From Eledone cirrhosa (Eukaryota), in assembly GCA_964016885.1 (NCBI GenBank), contig OZ024755.1:5270001-5334000 (forward strand): a stretch of DNA of 64,000 bases. Reading direction: 5' to 3'. This document shows, piece after piece, positions 27,398 through 50,824 of this stretch (position 1 is the stretch's first letter; each line of letters starts with the position of its first letter). The translations under genes were made by a program, and so were the position numbers. The notes beneath the pieces are model-generated. The model had not been told where the DNA came from. It ran no database searches and worked only from the letters and a program-made list of their open reading frames with translations.

Positions 27398-27760
27398 AGT
27401 CAGTCAGGCAGTCAGTCAGGCAGAGAGTCAGGCAGTCAGTCAGACAGAGAGTCAGGCAGTCAGTCAGACAGAGAGTCAGACAGAGAGTCAGGCAGTCAGT
27501 CAGACAGAGAGTCAGGCAGGCAGTCAGACAGAGAGTCAGGCAGAGAGTCAGGCAGTCAGTCAGGCAGTCAGTCAGACAGAGAGTCAGGCAGTCAGTCAGA
27601 CAGAGTCAGGCAGTCAGTCAGAGAGTCAGGCAGTCAGTCAGACAGAGAGTCAGGCATCAGTCAGACAGAGAGTCAGGCAGTCAGTCAGACAGAGAGTCAG
27701 GCAGTCAGTCAGACAGAGAGTCAGTCAGACAGAGAGTCAGGCAGTCAGTCAGACAGAGAG
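27398..27760. repeat. 24-bp tetranucleotide-derived minisatellite AGTCAGGCAGTCAGTCAGACAGAG
   Basis: Seen directly; it gives the SQAVSQTE ORF. Confidence 0.92.
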
Positions 27761-27984
27761 TTGATATAATCCACACTTGTTTATGAAATGCCAGCCCCAC
27801 TATTATCACTACCACTGTTTGTAAATTTAGTTAACTATTAATTAGTTTCTTTCACCCCTCTCTCGCTTTCTCCCTCTCACTCTCTCTATCATCTCTATCT
27901 CTCTCTTACTCCCTATCTCTCTTTTTTTCTCTTTTGCTCTCCCTCTCCTGCCACCTCTCTCTCTTTTGCTTCCTGCCTATCTCT

Positions 27985-28632
27985 TGCCCCCTCTCTCTAT
28001 CACCACCTCTCTCTTGCCTTATCCCTCTCTCTATCACTGCCTCTTGTCTTATTCCCCTCTCTATCACCACCTCTCTCTTGCCTTATCCCCCTCTCTATCA
28101 CCACCTCTCTCTTGCCTTATACCCCTCTCTATCACCACCTCTCTTTTGCCTTATCCCCCTCTCTATCACCACCTCTCTCTTGCCTTATCCCCCTCTCTAT
28201 CACCACCTCCCTCTTGCCTTATCCCCCTCTCTATCACCACCTCCCTCTTGCCTTATCCCCCTCTCTATCACCACCTCCCTCTTGCCTTATCCCCCTCTCT
28301 ATCACCACCTCCCTCTTGCCTTATCCCCCTCTCTATCACCACCTCTCTCTTGCCTTATCCCCCTCTCTATCACCACCTCTCTTTTGTCTTATCCCTCTCT
28401 CTATCACCACCTCTCTCTTGCCTTATTCCCCTCTCTATCACCACCTCTCTCTTGCCTTATTCCCCTCTCTATCACCACCTCTCTTTTGTCTTATCCCCCT
28501 CTCTATCACCACCTCTCTTTTGTCTTATCCCCCTCTCTATCACCACCTCTCTTTTGTCTTATCCCCATCTCTATCACCACCTCTCTTTTGTCTTATCCCC
28601 ATCTCTCTCACCACCTCTCTCTTGCCTTATCT
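27985..28632. repeat. 34-bp pyrimidine-rich minisatellite CCCCCTCTCTATCACCACCTCTCTCTTGCCTTAT
   Basis: About 19 copies. It is open in all three plus frames with a 34-aa period, which is the signature of a non-triplet unit. Confidence 0.95.
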
Positions 28633-28989
28633 CTTGTTACATCTCTCTGCTTTTTTAAATCTGATAAAGGGCAAATAAGTTCAAAATGTCAAACACATCT
28701 TTCCATTGTTCTTTCAGCATCAAACTAATACAACATTTTCTGATATTGTTCATGGTCATCTTATTACACATGTCAATATATTCCTCTCCTTGCTGACGTA
28801 GTTATTAGACTGGCTGGTATCCACACTGAATTAGCTCCGGGATTACCAACTTGGACTCTTCTGGATTAACTTTCTGGATTACTTTGGATTGAGATTTCAG
28901 ATGACGTCAGACTTATATTTGTGTCTCATGTCTATGTATGTGTATGTGTGTGTACATTATAACATACACACACACTTGTATATACACAT

Positions 28990-38597
<9,608 letters not shown>

Positions 38598-38760
38598 AAC
38601 GATGGAAATGTGGTAAGGAACCAGGTGGACCATAACGCACCAAATTACTCAATACTTAGGGTAGTAGAGTGTAATAGGAATGAGTAGGACCCCGACGGCT
38701 CAAGCCGTTTCGACGGCTAATTCTGGACCAGAATTTGCCGTCGGAGTCCTACCCGTTGCT
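38598..38760. mobile_element. Family A fold-back element terminating the giant TA array
   Basis: ACGATGGAAATGTGGTAAGGAACCAGGTGGACCATAACGCACC...GACGGCTAATTCTGGACCAGAATTTGCCGTC. Confidence 0.78.
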
Positions 38761-39559
38761 ATATATATTTATATAACTATCTATAGAAATAAATATATTT
38801 ATGTATATATATTTATATTCATATATATATATACGTGTATATATAAAAATATATATATATATAACTATTTATACATATATATTTAACTATTTATGCATAT
38901 ATATTTATTTTCATATATAGATGTCTAGATATACATACATAATCATTGTTCTGTCTGTTTACCTTTTACATATATGTATGTACATAAATCCATGTGTGTA
39001 TATTTTCTCTTCTTCTTTACTGGTTTCAGCTATATATGTACATCTATTCTCTTCAGGATGATTTCTTGAGTATTTGTGGCAATAATACGTTGTTGGGCCT
39101 CCATTGTTTCTCATATATAATCAGTTGTTTGAATGTAGAGAACTGCTTGCTCATGTATGTGTGGATTGAAACCAATGTGAAATAAAGTATCTTGCTCAAG
39201 GACACAGCATGTACCTCGTCCTTACCATTCAGTAACTCTAAATGGAAGGGAGTTAGATATTCCCTGTTCTAGCTGCTGTGATAGTTGAACAGTGGTATTT
39301 CCAAAGACAAGCAACTATCTAGCAGTGAGGTAAAAACAGGACATGTAGAATTTAATGTCTTGTTTACAGACAAATCAAAGAACTCCTGTAGTTATTGGTC
39401 ATCATCTCAGCAGAACTAAGCATGTTGCCCAATACTGTCTGTGTTACATGTTTGTTTGCTTTCACTGGTACGGACATATGTCTGTATCTATATATATATA
39501 GTTTACTAAGGTTGATCATGGAGTTTGTCTGTCTGTTGCATAGACAACAGTCTTATATA

Positions 39560-39735
39560 TAGATAAGTTTATCCTGGGTTCAATCGGGGGGTAACCACAG
39601 TAAGTAAGGTACTCAATACATAGCAGAGTATAGAAATGGCTTCTGCAGGACTAGAACTGTTTCATTTGGGAGAAATCATTAGGATGATTTCTCCTGAATT
39701 AAACAGTTCTAGTCCTGTAGAAGCCATTTCTATAT
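39560..39735. mobile_element. Family D fold-back element
   Basis: TATAGAAATGGCTTCTGCAGGACTAGAACTGTTT pairs with AAACAGTTCTAGTCCTGTAGAAGCCATTTCTATA. Homologous to 23701-23750. Confidence 0.7.
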
Positions 39736-41509
39736 ACATATACACTGATTAGTAAGTCTTATCTCTGGAATGTTCCCTGTATTCTACAGGTTCCTCAGAC
39801 AATATATATATATACACACATACATAAAATGTGTGTCTGTGTGTGTATATATTTAGTCACTTTCACACTAGCTAACTCATGTTCATAGTGAAATAATGCA
39901 GTTATAGTTTTATGCCTGTCAGTCTGTAAGTGCAACTTATTTGAAAGCCATACTAAGGGAAGATAACTCTCACAGTCTTCGCATTAGAAAGCATCAAAAT
40001 TTATCCCAAACAAAATACAAAACAGACAAAAAAAAACTGCTGGACTGCATCTGTTGTATGTTGAATAACCTAAAGATAGCTTTCCTCTTCACCCTCTTCT
40101 TCTGGCTAGATCAAAACAATCTCCATCATGATGTGTTTACAGAAAATTTATTTTGAAAGCTAATAGAATGGATTTTAGTATTAGCTTGTCAGTATGACAT
40201 AACTCCATATTACAAACCTGCTGTATAGATTTTTATGTATGCATGTATATGTGTGTGTGTTCACCGTTTATATATATTTATGAATAAAAATATTAAACAG
40301 GTTGAATATATTTATGAGGAAGTGAAAGACTTGCTTTTATTTGTCTGCATGTGTATATATAATCATGATGATTCCGTATGTATGATAATATATAGTCATA
40401 GTAAAGAAGATATGATAGGCACCTGTATGATAATCTGTCCTGCACTTCGAAATTACTAAACAGAGAGTCTAAACTATAATAAAGTAACGAGTGCAGGACT
40501 GTGTATGGTTTATTTCTTTTAATCCCGTTTGTAAAATAAGTTGGATTACTTAGATAAATTATGTAATATTCATTCATTATTTATTCAACTAAATTTCGTA
40601 GCTGTTGATTAAATATATTTTATTGCTTATTTAAAGATTCACTTCTTTAAAATTTTCAAATGTCAACACTTCTGGTTAGCGATCGCTTAAATAAACATTC
40701 ATTATTTCCGTAATGCAGTTTATATATAATATCTTTTTTTTAATGTATCATGGATTACGTTACTGATTACATAAGAGAGTAACGCAGTCTTCGTTCAATT
40801 TCTGTGTATATTGTCAATTACGATTTTATTGGATGTATAATATCAATATGCACACTGCACATGCTAGCAGAAAACCACCCAAAGGGTGGTTTTTCTGCTG
40901 GTATATATAATGACAGTGATTGATTAGAGGCAATGACTATTTTGAGCATACTCTCCAGTGCTGGTGCCACAATAAATTGTACACAGTAAACCATGTAAGG
41001 TTTTTGTTAGGAAAAGCCTTGTATTGTAGAAACCATGCCAAATATAGAGCTTGAAGTATCTCACTTATCTGGCCTGAGACCATAACAACTAGTAGCCCAT
41101 CCCAGCATAGAAAACAGATGTAATACTCACTAACTATAATGTGTACACTCTATATTTTGAGATGCAGTTTTACAACTGCAAGATTATCTTTTAGAGTTAA
41201 AGGGTCATGGCTGGAAATCATTGAAATAAATTTGGTAACTTTCATAAACTGTATGTGTGTATATATGTATGTATATAACTGGCTGATTAAGTACCTGTAT
41301 ATGTCTCTGTTGTAACTAATTATACTTAACTCATCCTATGGACTGAATGCTCTTACCATTAGATATTCCTACTAAACTTATACCACAGAATATGAATATA
41401 TGTATATATTAAAGTTTAAGCAAAGAATCCCTGCTTTCACCCTTACTGGGATCTTCGGATTTTCGGATTTTATTCTTCACATTTATTATTATTACTATAT
41501 ATATATTAC

Positions 41510-41800
41510 TTATGTGGGTGTTTGAAATGTGTGAGTGGAGTCCTAGATGGCCCTGATGCTGTGCATTCCCATCGATTCACTCAGCAGAACAGCCTGCTCA
41601 TAAAATTTACTTCCAGATATGTGTACCTTAGACATAGTTCCGAGGGGCCGCAGGGTTGGGATTTAGTGTGACAAGGCTAGCCCCGAGTGGACTAGAACAA
41701 CAAGAAATAAAATATCTTGCTCAAGGACACAACATGCTGCCGAGAATTAAACTCTCAACCGAGAGCTGAACACTTTAGTCACTAAACCATGCTTCTTCAC
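41510..41800 (-). mobile_element. tRNA-derived CORE-like SINE
   Basis: AAATATCTTGCTCAAGGACACAAC (reverse complement GTTGTGTCCTTGAGCAAG, CORE-like) followed by a degenerate tRNA head. Confidence 0.6.
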
Positions 41801-43195
41801 TTAAGTATTTTGAATACTAGTGTGTGTATATATATATAGATATAAAATCAGGGATCCTGACTCTTTATAATATATAGTTACAGTGTGTGTGCAAGCACTG
41901 ATGATCATGTAATATATATATAAATATATATATATTTAAAATTAATTCTCAGTATTGAAACAAAATACATATAAAAAAAAAATGAATAATAATATTAATA
42001 ATAATAATAATAATGAAAGAATAACAACAGAAAGACAAGAAAACAACCCAATTTTATGGTCTGGAATCTCTCGTGTTGGCTTTTCTTTTTTTTTTTTTCC
42101 TTCATGTTCTTCTTCATTTTGTAATTTGGTGTAAAGAGTATTTAAAACTTTAACAACAACAACAACATCATCATCAACAATGCTTAGCTGTGTGTACTCA
42201 TTGACTGTTATATTGTTAGAAATATGAAATTGAGTGATAGATAGACAGTTAGATAGATAGATAGATAGAAATATAGGGAGATAGATAAGAGAATGATAAT
42301 TAGAAGGGTGTTTAGAAATATAGATAGATAGATTATCAAGAGAGAGAGAGAGATTAGCTAGAGAAGTATTTAGATAACTATGTAGATTAGTTAGAAAAGT
42401 ATATAAAAAGACAGATATATAGGTAGATTGATATAACGATGGTAGATAGATTAGCTAGAAAAGGTACAAGGACAGGTTGATAAGAAAATGATAAGATGGT
42501 AAACATAGATAGAATGGTTAGGTAGAGAGATAGATAGATTAGTTAGGAAACAACACAGACAGGTAGAGAGATAGACAGTTTAGGTAGGTAGAGAGATAGA
42601 CAAAAGCTTGAGAAAGGAGCCTTTCCTCAAGATATAAAGGAAAACCCATCAAAAAACAAAATAAAACAAAAAACCCCAGAATTCCTAACAATTGTTTTAA
42701 CCTTATGTACAAAGATCACTTGTTTTGTGTTGGTGTATTTGTGTGTTTTATCATCTGTTGTATTGCAAATCACTCATAGGAACATGTAAGAAACACACAC
42801 AGCAACACATACATACATGTGTGTATATATATATATATACACACACTCACATATGTACGTATGCATATATGTACATTAAAACGCACACATTCTTGCATAC
42901 ATGTATATATATACACGTACATATGCATATATGTACATTAAAACACACACATATACATACACACATGCACATTCTTACATACATGTGTATATATATATAT
43001 ATACACATACATACACATGCATATATGTACATTAACACACACACACACACACATTATTGCATACATGTATCTGTATACATTTACAAATATATATATATAC
43101 ATATGCATATATGTACATTAAAAAACACACACACACACACACACAGATATCCACACATATATCTTTATATAGACATTTAAGCAGACATACAGACA

Positions 43196-43239
<44 letters not shown>

Positions 43240-43429
43240 TATAAAATCATCTCAGATTGGAACATGCATATATATATATAAACACACATATATATATATA
43301 TATAAAATCATCTCAGATTGGAACATGCATACATACATATATACACCCACATTTATATCAATATGTATACCTGCATGTATGTTTATAGAAATACATACAA
43401 ATATATATTACTCTAGGCATCTTCTTTGT

Positions 43430-44280
43430 CTATAATCATAACATAAGATCTTTATTTGTTTAATGTACAAATCTTTGATCCTCAGATGCAGTCCTAAAGC
43501 CAACAGAATCTGTAACGGACACGAATTTTCATCAATTTTTGCTTTGCATTACTTTTCAGAAAAACATTTTTTTTGTTTGTTTTACCACTCTCCCCCGTTT
43601 TGGTGCGAGGGGGTGGGTTGGGGACTTCAACATGAAGTTGTCTCCGTTTTCTTCTCTCCTTCTTCTTCGCACCACAAACACTAACACTCATTCATACCTT
43701 TTTTTATGCATACATACATACATACTTGCATGCATTCGTGCTCATGTATGCACACATACACTCAGCCATATACATATATACATACATATATATATATATT
43801 TATGTATATGTATATACTTTTTTAAAATGGCAATAGAATTATCTTTCGCAAGATGACCAATAGCTGATTCCTCAAAAGGTCCATTTGCTCATTTGCTTCA
43901 AAATTATGGCCTGGCAGCCATTTTTTTCACTGTTCAATTATGCAAGTGTTTTTTTTTTATTGTTATTGTACAGCAAGTTGGTTGTTTATCAGTTGATTAG
44001 CTCGTGTACACATTACAATTCTTTGCATTGAGTAGATTTGTGTTTGCATGTATGTGTGTCTCTCAGTTAGTAGTAGTATTATCATTATTATTTTTTTTTT
44101 ATAGTTTTAGTTTGTTTCCATTTTGTTTTCTTTCATTTCAGTATTATTATCATAATTATTATTATTATTGTTACGCCAATAAGCCCCTCTCTCTCTTTCT
44201 CTCTCTCTATATATATATATACACATATATACTATATATATATATATCAGTATTTTTGAAGGTCTTAAAAGCAGTGATTT
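43430..44280 (-). other. Putative 3' UTR of the minus-strand gene
   Basis: It follows the stop at 44281. A minus-strand AATAAA lies at 43451-43456, with GT/T-rich sequence downstream. Confidence 0.35.
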
Positions 44281-44450
44281 TTAGGTATTTACCGCCGTTA
44301 GGTTATTTCCTGTTGGAGGGGAGGCAGGCGGCGAGTTTTGCCGGGATGTAGTCGATCGTTGTGTCAGGTTGTTCTTTTCACCCGGAGAGGGCGTACGAGC
44401 AATTTCCACGACAGATCCATCCAGCACTCCGCTGCAACTGGCTCTTTTCC
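44281..44450 (-). CDS. Terminal coding exon of an unidentified gene (Ser/Thr/Pro-rich C-terminus)
   Basis: Acceptor CTGATTGTTTCTTTCAG|GG, phase 1. Encodes (G)KRASCSGVLDGSVVEIARTPSPGEKNNLTQRSTTSRQNSPPASPPTGNNLTAVNT*. GC/CpG-rich relative to flanks and in frame with exon 45139-45282. Confidence 0.75.
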
Positions 44451-45138
44451 CTGAAAGAAACAATCAGTAGCATCAATGTTCTTTGTGTTTAGTATTGGGT
44501 CAGAAATGGTAGATTGGTTAGTTTTTATAAATAACTAGACCACCGTTGGGTCACATTCACTTAAAAATATAAAAAAAAAAAAGATTAAAATATACACATA
44601 CATATATATAATGTAAAATGAAATTGGAAGGCCCATATCTCTTTCTATTTTTGAAGGTATCCAGACAAACCCTGTATCTCAGGAACCCGTGCTCCGATTT
44701 ATGCGAAACTTGTTTTATTCCATTTTTATTCCCATTTCAGGGGCAACTTCCTTTCAAATTATTTTCCCATTATGCGCCATTTTGGTTGTATTAAATTAAA
44801 TCACAGAGTTTTAGTAGTTAGTATTATAGATAGATATATGGGAAATGAACAATGTTTCCTATATAAAATTATGATGGAAGGTTTTTAGATAAAGATACTT
44901 TAGATTACAGAACCAGTGAGGGTTATAAATGGAAATGAATGTGGAAGGATGTAGAGAAAGCAGAAGACCAAGAAAGATATGGCTAAAGATGGAGGAGGAA
45001 ATGTGGGGGAATGCTGAGCAAAGCTTGTCATAAGGTCATAAAGCTAACCCTTACTTTAGTAGGAAAGATGGTCTTAAAATATTTGTTGTTGTTGAGGTGA
45101 AGAAAAAAAACAAAATTGAAATATCTTAATGAACTTAC

Positions 45139-45282
45139 CTGTGGGAACATTTGTTGAATCTGCACATGTTGTTGTTACAGGAACAGTAGTGGTATGGGGT
45201 GTATTAGGGGTCGAGTTCGCTACCAGTGGAGCATGAGGTGTCATTATGAGGCTAGAAAGGGCAGTTGTAGCTGCCGGAGAAT
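45139..45282 (-). CDS. Internal 144-nt coding exon of the same gene
   Basis: Acceptor TCTTTTATCCCTTTTCAG|AT and donor CAG|GTAAGT, phase 1-1. Encodes (D)SPAATTALSSLIMTPHAPLVANSTPNTPHTTTVPVTTTCADSTNVPT. Confidence 0.8.
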
Positions 45283-45509
45283 CTGAAAAGGGATAAAAGA
45301 GCAACAACTTGTTAACAAATTACCATTTACTAACACTCAATATATCTTTTTTTTTTATGTTGACCATGTCAGCTGGTGACTAATAGATTTAAACATACAC
45401 TCACCCATAAAATAACAATAAGGAATGACTCAAAGAACTTTTGGTCATGGCTCACGTGTTTTTCGTATAGTGTTGCTACAACATTTGCCAGCGTAAAAGC
45501 ATTACAAAT

Positions 45510-45665
45510 AATAATTGTTTCTACTTTTGGCACAAGGCCAGCAATTATCCCAGTGTATTATTGGTACTTTATTTTATCAACCCCGTAAGGATGAAAGACC
45601 ATAAAGGGCCGTAACTCTTTGCTGCAAAGCATGGCGTTCGACCCTCTACCGATACTGCCAATCCA
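45510..45665 (-). mobile_element. Meta-domain-like SINE with internal deletion
   Basis: Tail, core and tRNA head are present; the B-box segment is missing. Confidence 0.75.
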
Positions 45666-45775
45666 AACTACATAGAACCTCAGAAGTAAGATTTAATGAT
45701 ATTCAAGTTGGAGTGTGTGTGTGTGTGTTTAAAAGAGTCGGAGTCAATGTTGCAGCATATGTACAAACTTTATTT

Positions 45776-45863
45776 GCATATTACAATTGTTTCGCTATTG
45801 ATCAGCTCAGAGTACAATCAAGGTGACAGGGCCCAACTCTTTGTTGACATCTCATCAGATATG
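45776..45863 (-). ncRNA. Type I hammerhead ribozyme-like motif with a long stem/loop II insert
   Basis: Minus strand: CATAT-CTGATGA-G(about 54 nt)C-GAAA-CAATTG-TA-ATATG. All core nucleotides are present, with 5-bp stem I, palindromic stem III and a GUA triplet. Stem II pairs poorly. Confidence 0.6.
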
Positions 45864-46289
45864 TGAGCTTATATGTGCAAAGACATATATAAACTTGGCA
45901 CCAGTCATGTCACAATACATCACTCAGTCCAAGAATCAAACTCACAATCTCTCAATTGCAAGCCCAATGCTCTAACCACTAAGCCATGTGTCTTTAGCAA
46001 AGACTAAAGGTTTGGTAAATAGGGAGAAGGATGTTCCATAATACAAAAGACATGTCCACCAGGCTGGCCTGGCATCCGACAACCTCCCTACTGCTAGTAC
46101 CATGATAAAATCCACCCAGTACATCCATTGTTAGTAGCATAATAACCTACACCAAGTCCACTCTGTAACATGATTGTGCTGATATCACAAAAAATATATC
46201 TTGCACACTCTGTATAGTGATTAGCATTAGGAAGGACATCCAGTCATGGAAACCATGCCGAATATGGATTGTAATGAGCAAGATTGGTC

Positions 46290-46590
46290 ACCCAGTGTAT
46301 TACTGGTACTTTATTTTATCGACTCCAGAAGGATGAAAGGCAAAGTTAACTTTGGCGAGATTTGAACTCTGAATGTAAAGGGATATAATTCTATGCCACA
46401 AAGCATGTTGTTCAATGCTCTATCGATTCTGCCAATCCTCTACCTTTTATAATAGTAATAATGGTTTTTAATTTAGGCAGAAGGCCAACAATTTTGGGGG
46501 AGGGGAAATTCATTAAACCGACCCCAGTATTTATCTGGTACTTTATTTTATGAACCCTGGTAGGATGTAAGGTAAAGTTGACCTCAGCAG
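46290..46590 (-). mobile_element. Two tandem Meta-domain-like SINEs
   Basis: Two copies of CTGGTACTTTATTTTAT...GGATG.AAGG.AAAGTT.AC. Confidence 0.75.
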
Positions 46591-47060
46591 GTCAACTTTG
46601 TCTTGGAGAAGAAGAATAAAAAAAGAAACAAAATAGTAGAAAGAATAAGATGAGAAAAAAGAAAATGAAACAAAATTGTAGAGAAGGAAGAAAGACATGA
46701 ATGAAGAGGAAAGAAGAATTCAGATGAAAATGAAATAAAGAGATACAAGAACCGAGAAGATAAAAAGAAAGTAAAAAGATGATGACAATGAAGAAGAAGA
46801 AAAGATGAAGGAAATGGAATAAATAAATAAATAAATGGGAGTGAAAGGAAAAATGAAAAACAAACAAGAAATTAAATAGAATAAAAATAAAAAGCCCTCC
46901 CCCCTCCCTTAAAATGTTCCCCTTCACCACTGAATCTGCAAACAAAACATACATTCACTGATTATACACACACATTCAGTGCTACTGTCACACACACACA
47001 GCAACAGTCACACATTAAATATGAGGTGTGTGCCATCATATATTGGATCACTTGAGGTTG

Positions 47061-47127
<67 letters not shown>

Positions 47128-47224
47128 AGAGAGGGTAAGCAGTGTATTGAATCATATGTTGGATCATTTGAGAGGGAGAGAGTTATTGATTTCTGTTTTG
47201 TTCTGTTCATCTCACAACAAAATG

Positions 47225-48065
47225 AAGGTGGTGGTGGTGGTACTACTGTTGTTGTTGATGGTAGCGGTAGTAGTATAGATGGTGGTGGTGGTAGTAGTGG
47301 CTGTGACAACAGTACTGCTGCTGTTGATGGTATAAGTAGTAGTTGTAGTGGTTGTAGCAACAGTACTGCTGCTGTTGATAGTATAGGTAGTAGTTGTAGT
47401 AGTAGTAGCTGTGACAACAGTACTGCTGCTGTTGATAGTATAGGTAGTAGTAGTAGCTGTGACAACAGTACTGCTGCTGTTGATGGTATAAGTAGTAGTT
47501 GTAGTGGTAGTGGTTGTAGCAACAGTACTGCTGCTGTTGATAGTATAGGTTGTAGTGGTAGTGGTAGTGGCTGTGACAACAGTACTTCTGCTGTTGATAG
47601 TATAGGTAGTAGTGGTAGTGGCAACAGTACTTCTGCTGTTGATAGTATAGGTAGTAGTGGTAGTGAATGTGACAACAGTACTGCTGCTGTTGATAGTATA
47701 GGTAGTAGTTGTAGTGGTAGTGGCTGTGACAACAGTACTGCTGCTGTTGATAGTATAGGTAGTAGCTGTGACAACAGTACTGCTGCTGTTAGTATAGGTG
47801 GTAGTAATAGTGGCAACAGTAGTGCTGTTAATGGTATAAGTAGTAGTAGTAGTAGTGGTGGTAGTAGTAGTGGTAGTGGTAAGAGTAGCGCTGTTGATGG
47901 TAGTAGTAGTGGTAAGAGTAGCACTGTTGATGGTATAGGTAGTAGCAGTGGTTGTGGCAACAGTACTGCTTATTGTTGATGGTATAGGTGGTGGTGGTAG
48001 TAGTGGTTGTAGCAACAGTAGTAGTAGTATATGTGGTACAGTAGCATCAGCAGTAGTAGCAGTAC
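47225..48065. repeat. Triplet-based minisatellite (about 50-70 bp; GTGACAACAGTACTGCTGCTGTTGATAGTATAGGTAGTAGT)
   Basis: About 12 variable-length copies, open in several frames. Confidence 0.88.
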
Positions 48066-50165
48066 CGTTACTTCAGTGCTTAATTGAAAACTACTATTTT
48101 TATAATTGCTTTCTCTCCAGCTGTGAGCTGATGTGTGTTTGTCAGTGTTTCTATGTTTGTGTGTAATAGGTGTAGTGTGTGTGTGTGTGTATATACTGTG
48201 TGTGGTGCATTTATGTAATTTTTTATGTGTACACACACACACACATCAAGTGTGTGATGTCACCATATATTATTATCAGTGCATCAATGTGTTAGTATGT
48301 ATATAGTTTAATAGAAAGAGGGAGGGTGTACTTGTGAGTGCATCCATCTATAGATTAGTGTGTGTGTGTGTGTGTGTGTATAATGACTCCATATATTATT
48401 GAGTGCATCAATATCTTAGTATGTGTATTTATGTGTGTATAGTTTATTAGAGAGTGAGGGAGTGTGTGAGATAGTGAGTGAGGGAGTGTGTGAGATAGTG
48501 AGTGAGGGAGCGAGAGAGAGAGTGAGTATGTGTGAGAGAGAGTGTGTTTACACGTGTGTGTAATTTTTATGTGTACATATATCATGTGTTACGTATCCAT
48601 TATATGATTATGTTGCGTACAAATGCTGTGTGTGTATATAGTATGTGTATATAGTATGTGTATATATATGTATATATAGTGTATATATAGTGTAGTGTGT
48701 ATTATACACATCGTATGTGTTATATCTTCATATTTATTTGTCCTAGTAATGAAAGCAAATGTTAAATGATGATGGTGGTGGTGGTGCAGTATATGTGTGT
48801 GTATGTGCAGTATATGATGTGTGTGTGTGAAGTATATGTGTGTATGTGCAGTATATGTGTGTATATTTATGCGTAATCACATGTGCATCATATATGCTAT
48901 GTTCCCATGTATGTTTATGAATGCATCAGGCAAAGTTAACCTCGGTAGAATTTGAACTCAGATCGTAAAGGGCTGTAACTCTATTCTGCACAGCATGGCC
49001 TCCGGCTCTCTACCGATACTGCCAATAATAATAATAACAATAATGATTTCATTTATCGGCCACCAGGGCCGTCATGTAGGGGACAATACAAAGACAGGGA
49101 CAGTGGGGGGTTTACAATAAGGTTGAGTAAAACTGCACAATGGCAAGACTAATTTAACAATGAAGATTAAAAAATATAAAATAAACTCTGCATAAATATA
49201 ACAAAATAAATTCCCCTATAGGTGGGTGGACAACCAAGGGGTGACTCAGGTTACCCCACCAATCCTGAATCACTCTGCGCTTCTAGGGCACCCGGGGAAA
49301 TTATTGTGTACAGTACCCAGGTGCACTACAACTCATCAAAGGTGCATTTATAGTACATAGAATAATGTAGAAATTCTATTGTACAGCCGAAACAGGATGC
49401 TCTCTCTACGCACAACACTGGCCCTATACAATAACCTTGTGATATATTTACTCAGCTTCCATAACACAGAGTCACCATCCTATAAAATAACATCATACCA
49501 CCCTTGTCTTCTTTACATAATCGATTCACACCATAATACTAACAACTCCCGTTCTACACAGTTACAAACTATTAATATAACCCATATATTATATTAATAT
49601 GTTATTAATATTAATGTTATATTAATGTCATTAATATAAAATTAATATAAACACAACTCACATCACACACTTTACAAAGTCACCACCCGGCACTAAAAAC
49701 ACATAAAACCCAACAGACTGCACATATATATATATACATCCATCCATACATCCATACATATACATATATACATCCATACATATATATATACATCCATACA
49801 TAGATATAGATATATATATATACATCCATACATAGATATAGATATATATATATATACATCCATACATATATATATACATCCATACATATATATATACATC
49901 CATACATATATATATACATCCATACATATATATATATATACACATCCATATACATACATATATACACACATATACACATATCTACACATATATATGTATA
50001 TGTGTGTGTGTACACACATAAAACACTAACAAACACCTAACCGAATAACACAACTAACACAGCAATGTAATCTAAACAGCAGACGAAAGATTGAAATAAC
50101 ATCAGAAAACAACAACAAAAACAAAAAAATTGCTCATCAAAGCAAAACTGATGCAATATGCAAAC

Positions 50166-50230
50166 CAATTCTGCATCCTCTAAAGACAATGCAGCAAATA
50201 CATCTGGAACACTGTTGGTGCAGTAGAAAT
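50166..50230 (-). CDS. Candidate 65-nt alternative exon
   Basis: Acceptor GTTTTATGCAG|AT and donor TTG|GTTTGC, phase 1-0. Encodes (D)FYCTNSVPDVFAALSLEDAEL. Both splice sites are only moderate. Confidence 0.3.
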
Positions 50231-50249
50231 CTGCATAAAACTACTGATA

Positions 50250-50740
50250 AATAATAATTGTTTCTACTTTTGGCACAAGGCCAGCAATTACCCAGTGCAT
50301 TACTGGTATTTTATTTTATTGACCTCGTAACGATGAAAGGCAAAGCTAACCTCGGCAGTATTTGAACTCAGACCGTAAAGGGTCGTAACTCCTTGCTGTC
50401 AATCCACTGATAAACAATGATAATGGTTTCTTATATAGGCACAAAGCCAGAAATTTTGAGGAAGGGGATAGTTGATTAAATCAACACCAGTGCGTGACTG
50501 GTACTTTATTTTATCGACTCTATAAGGATGAAAGGCAAAGCTAACCTCGGTGGGATTTGAACTCAGAATGTAAAGGGCCGACACTCTACCGATTACTGCC
50601 AATCCTAATAATAATAATAATTGTTTCTACTTTAGGCACAAGGCCGGGTGGAGGGTGGGGTTAATTAAATCGACCCCAGTGTGTTACTGGTACTTTATTT
50701 TATCGTCCCCGTAAGGACGAAAGTCAAAGTTAGTTTTGCC
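50250..50740 (-). mobile_element. Cluster of three head-to-tail Meta-domain-like SINEs
   Basis: Copies at about 50250-50405, 50420-50605 and 50610-50740. Confidence 0.82.
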
Positions 50741-50790
50741 TTTATGTTCTAATTCAAATCATATTTAATAATTGTTTCTACATTTGGCAC

Positions 50791-50824
<34 letters not shown>

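Noticed and set aside
27315-28728. Repetitive ORFs (SQAVSQTE; PLSITTSLLPY)
   Set aside because: These are 24-bp and 34-bp minisatellites. The 34-bp unit is not a multiple of three.
47073-48015. Mucin-like Thr/Ser-rich or Leu/Pro-rich ORFs
   Set aside because: This is a triplet-based minisatellite open in several frames, and no convincing splice sites were found.
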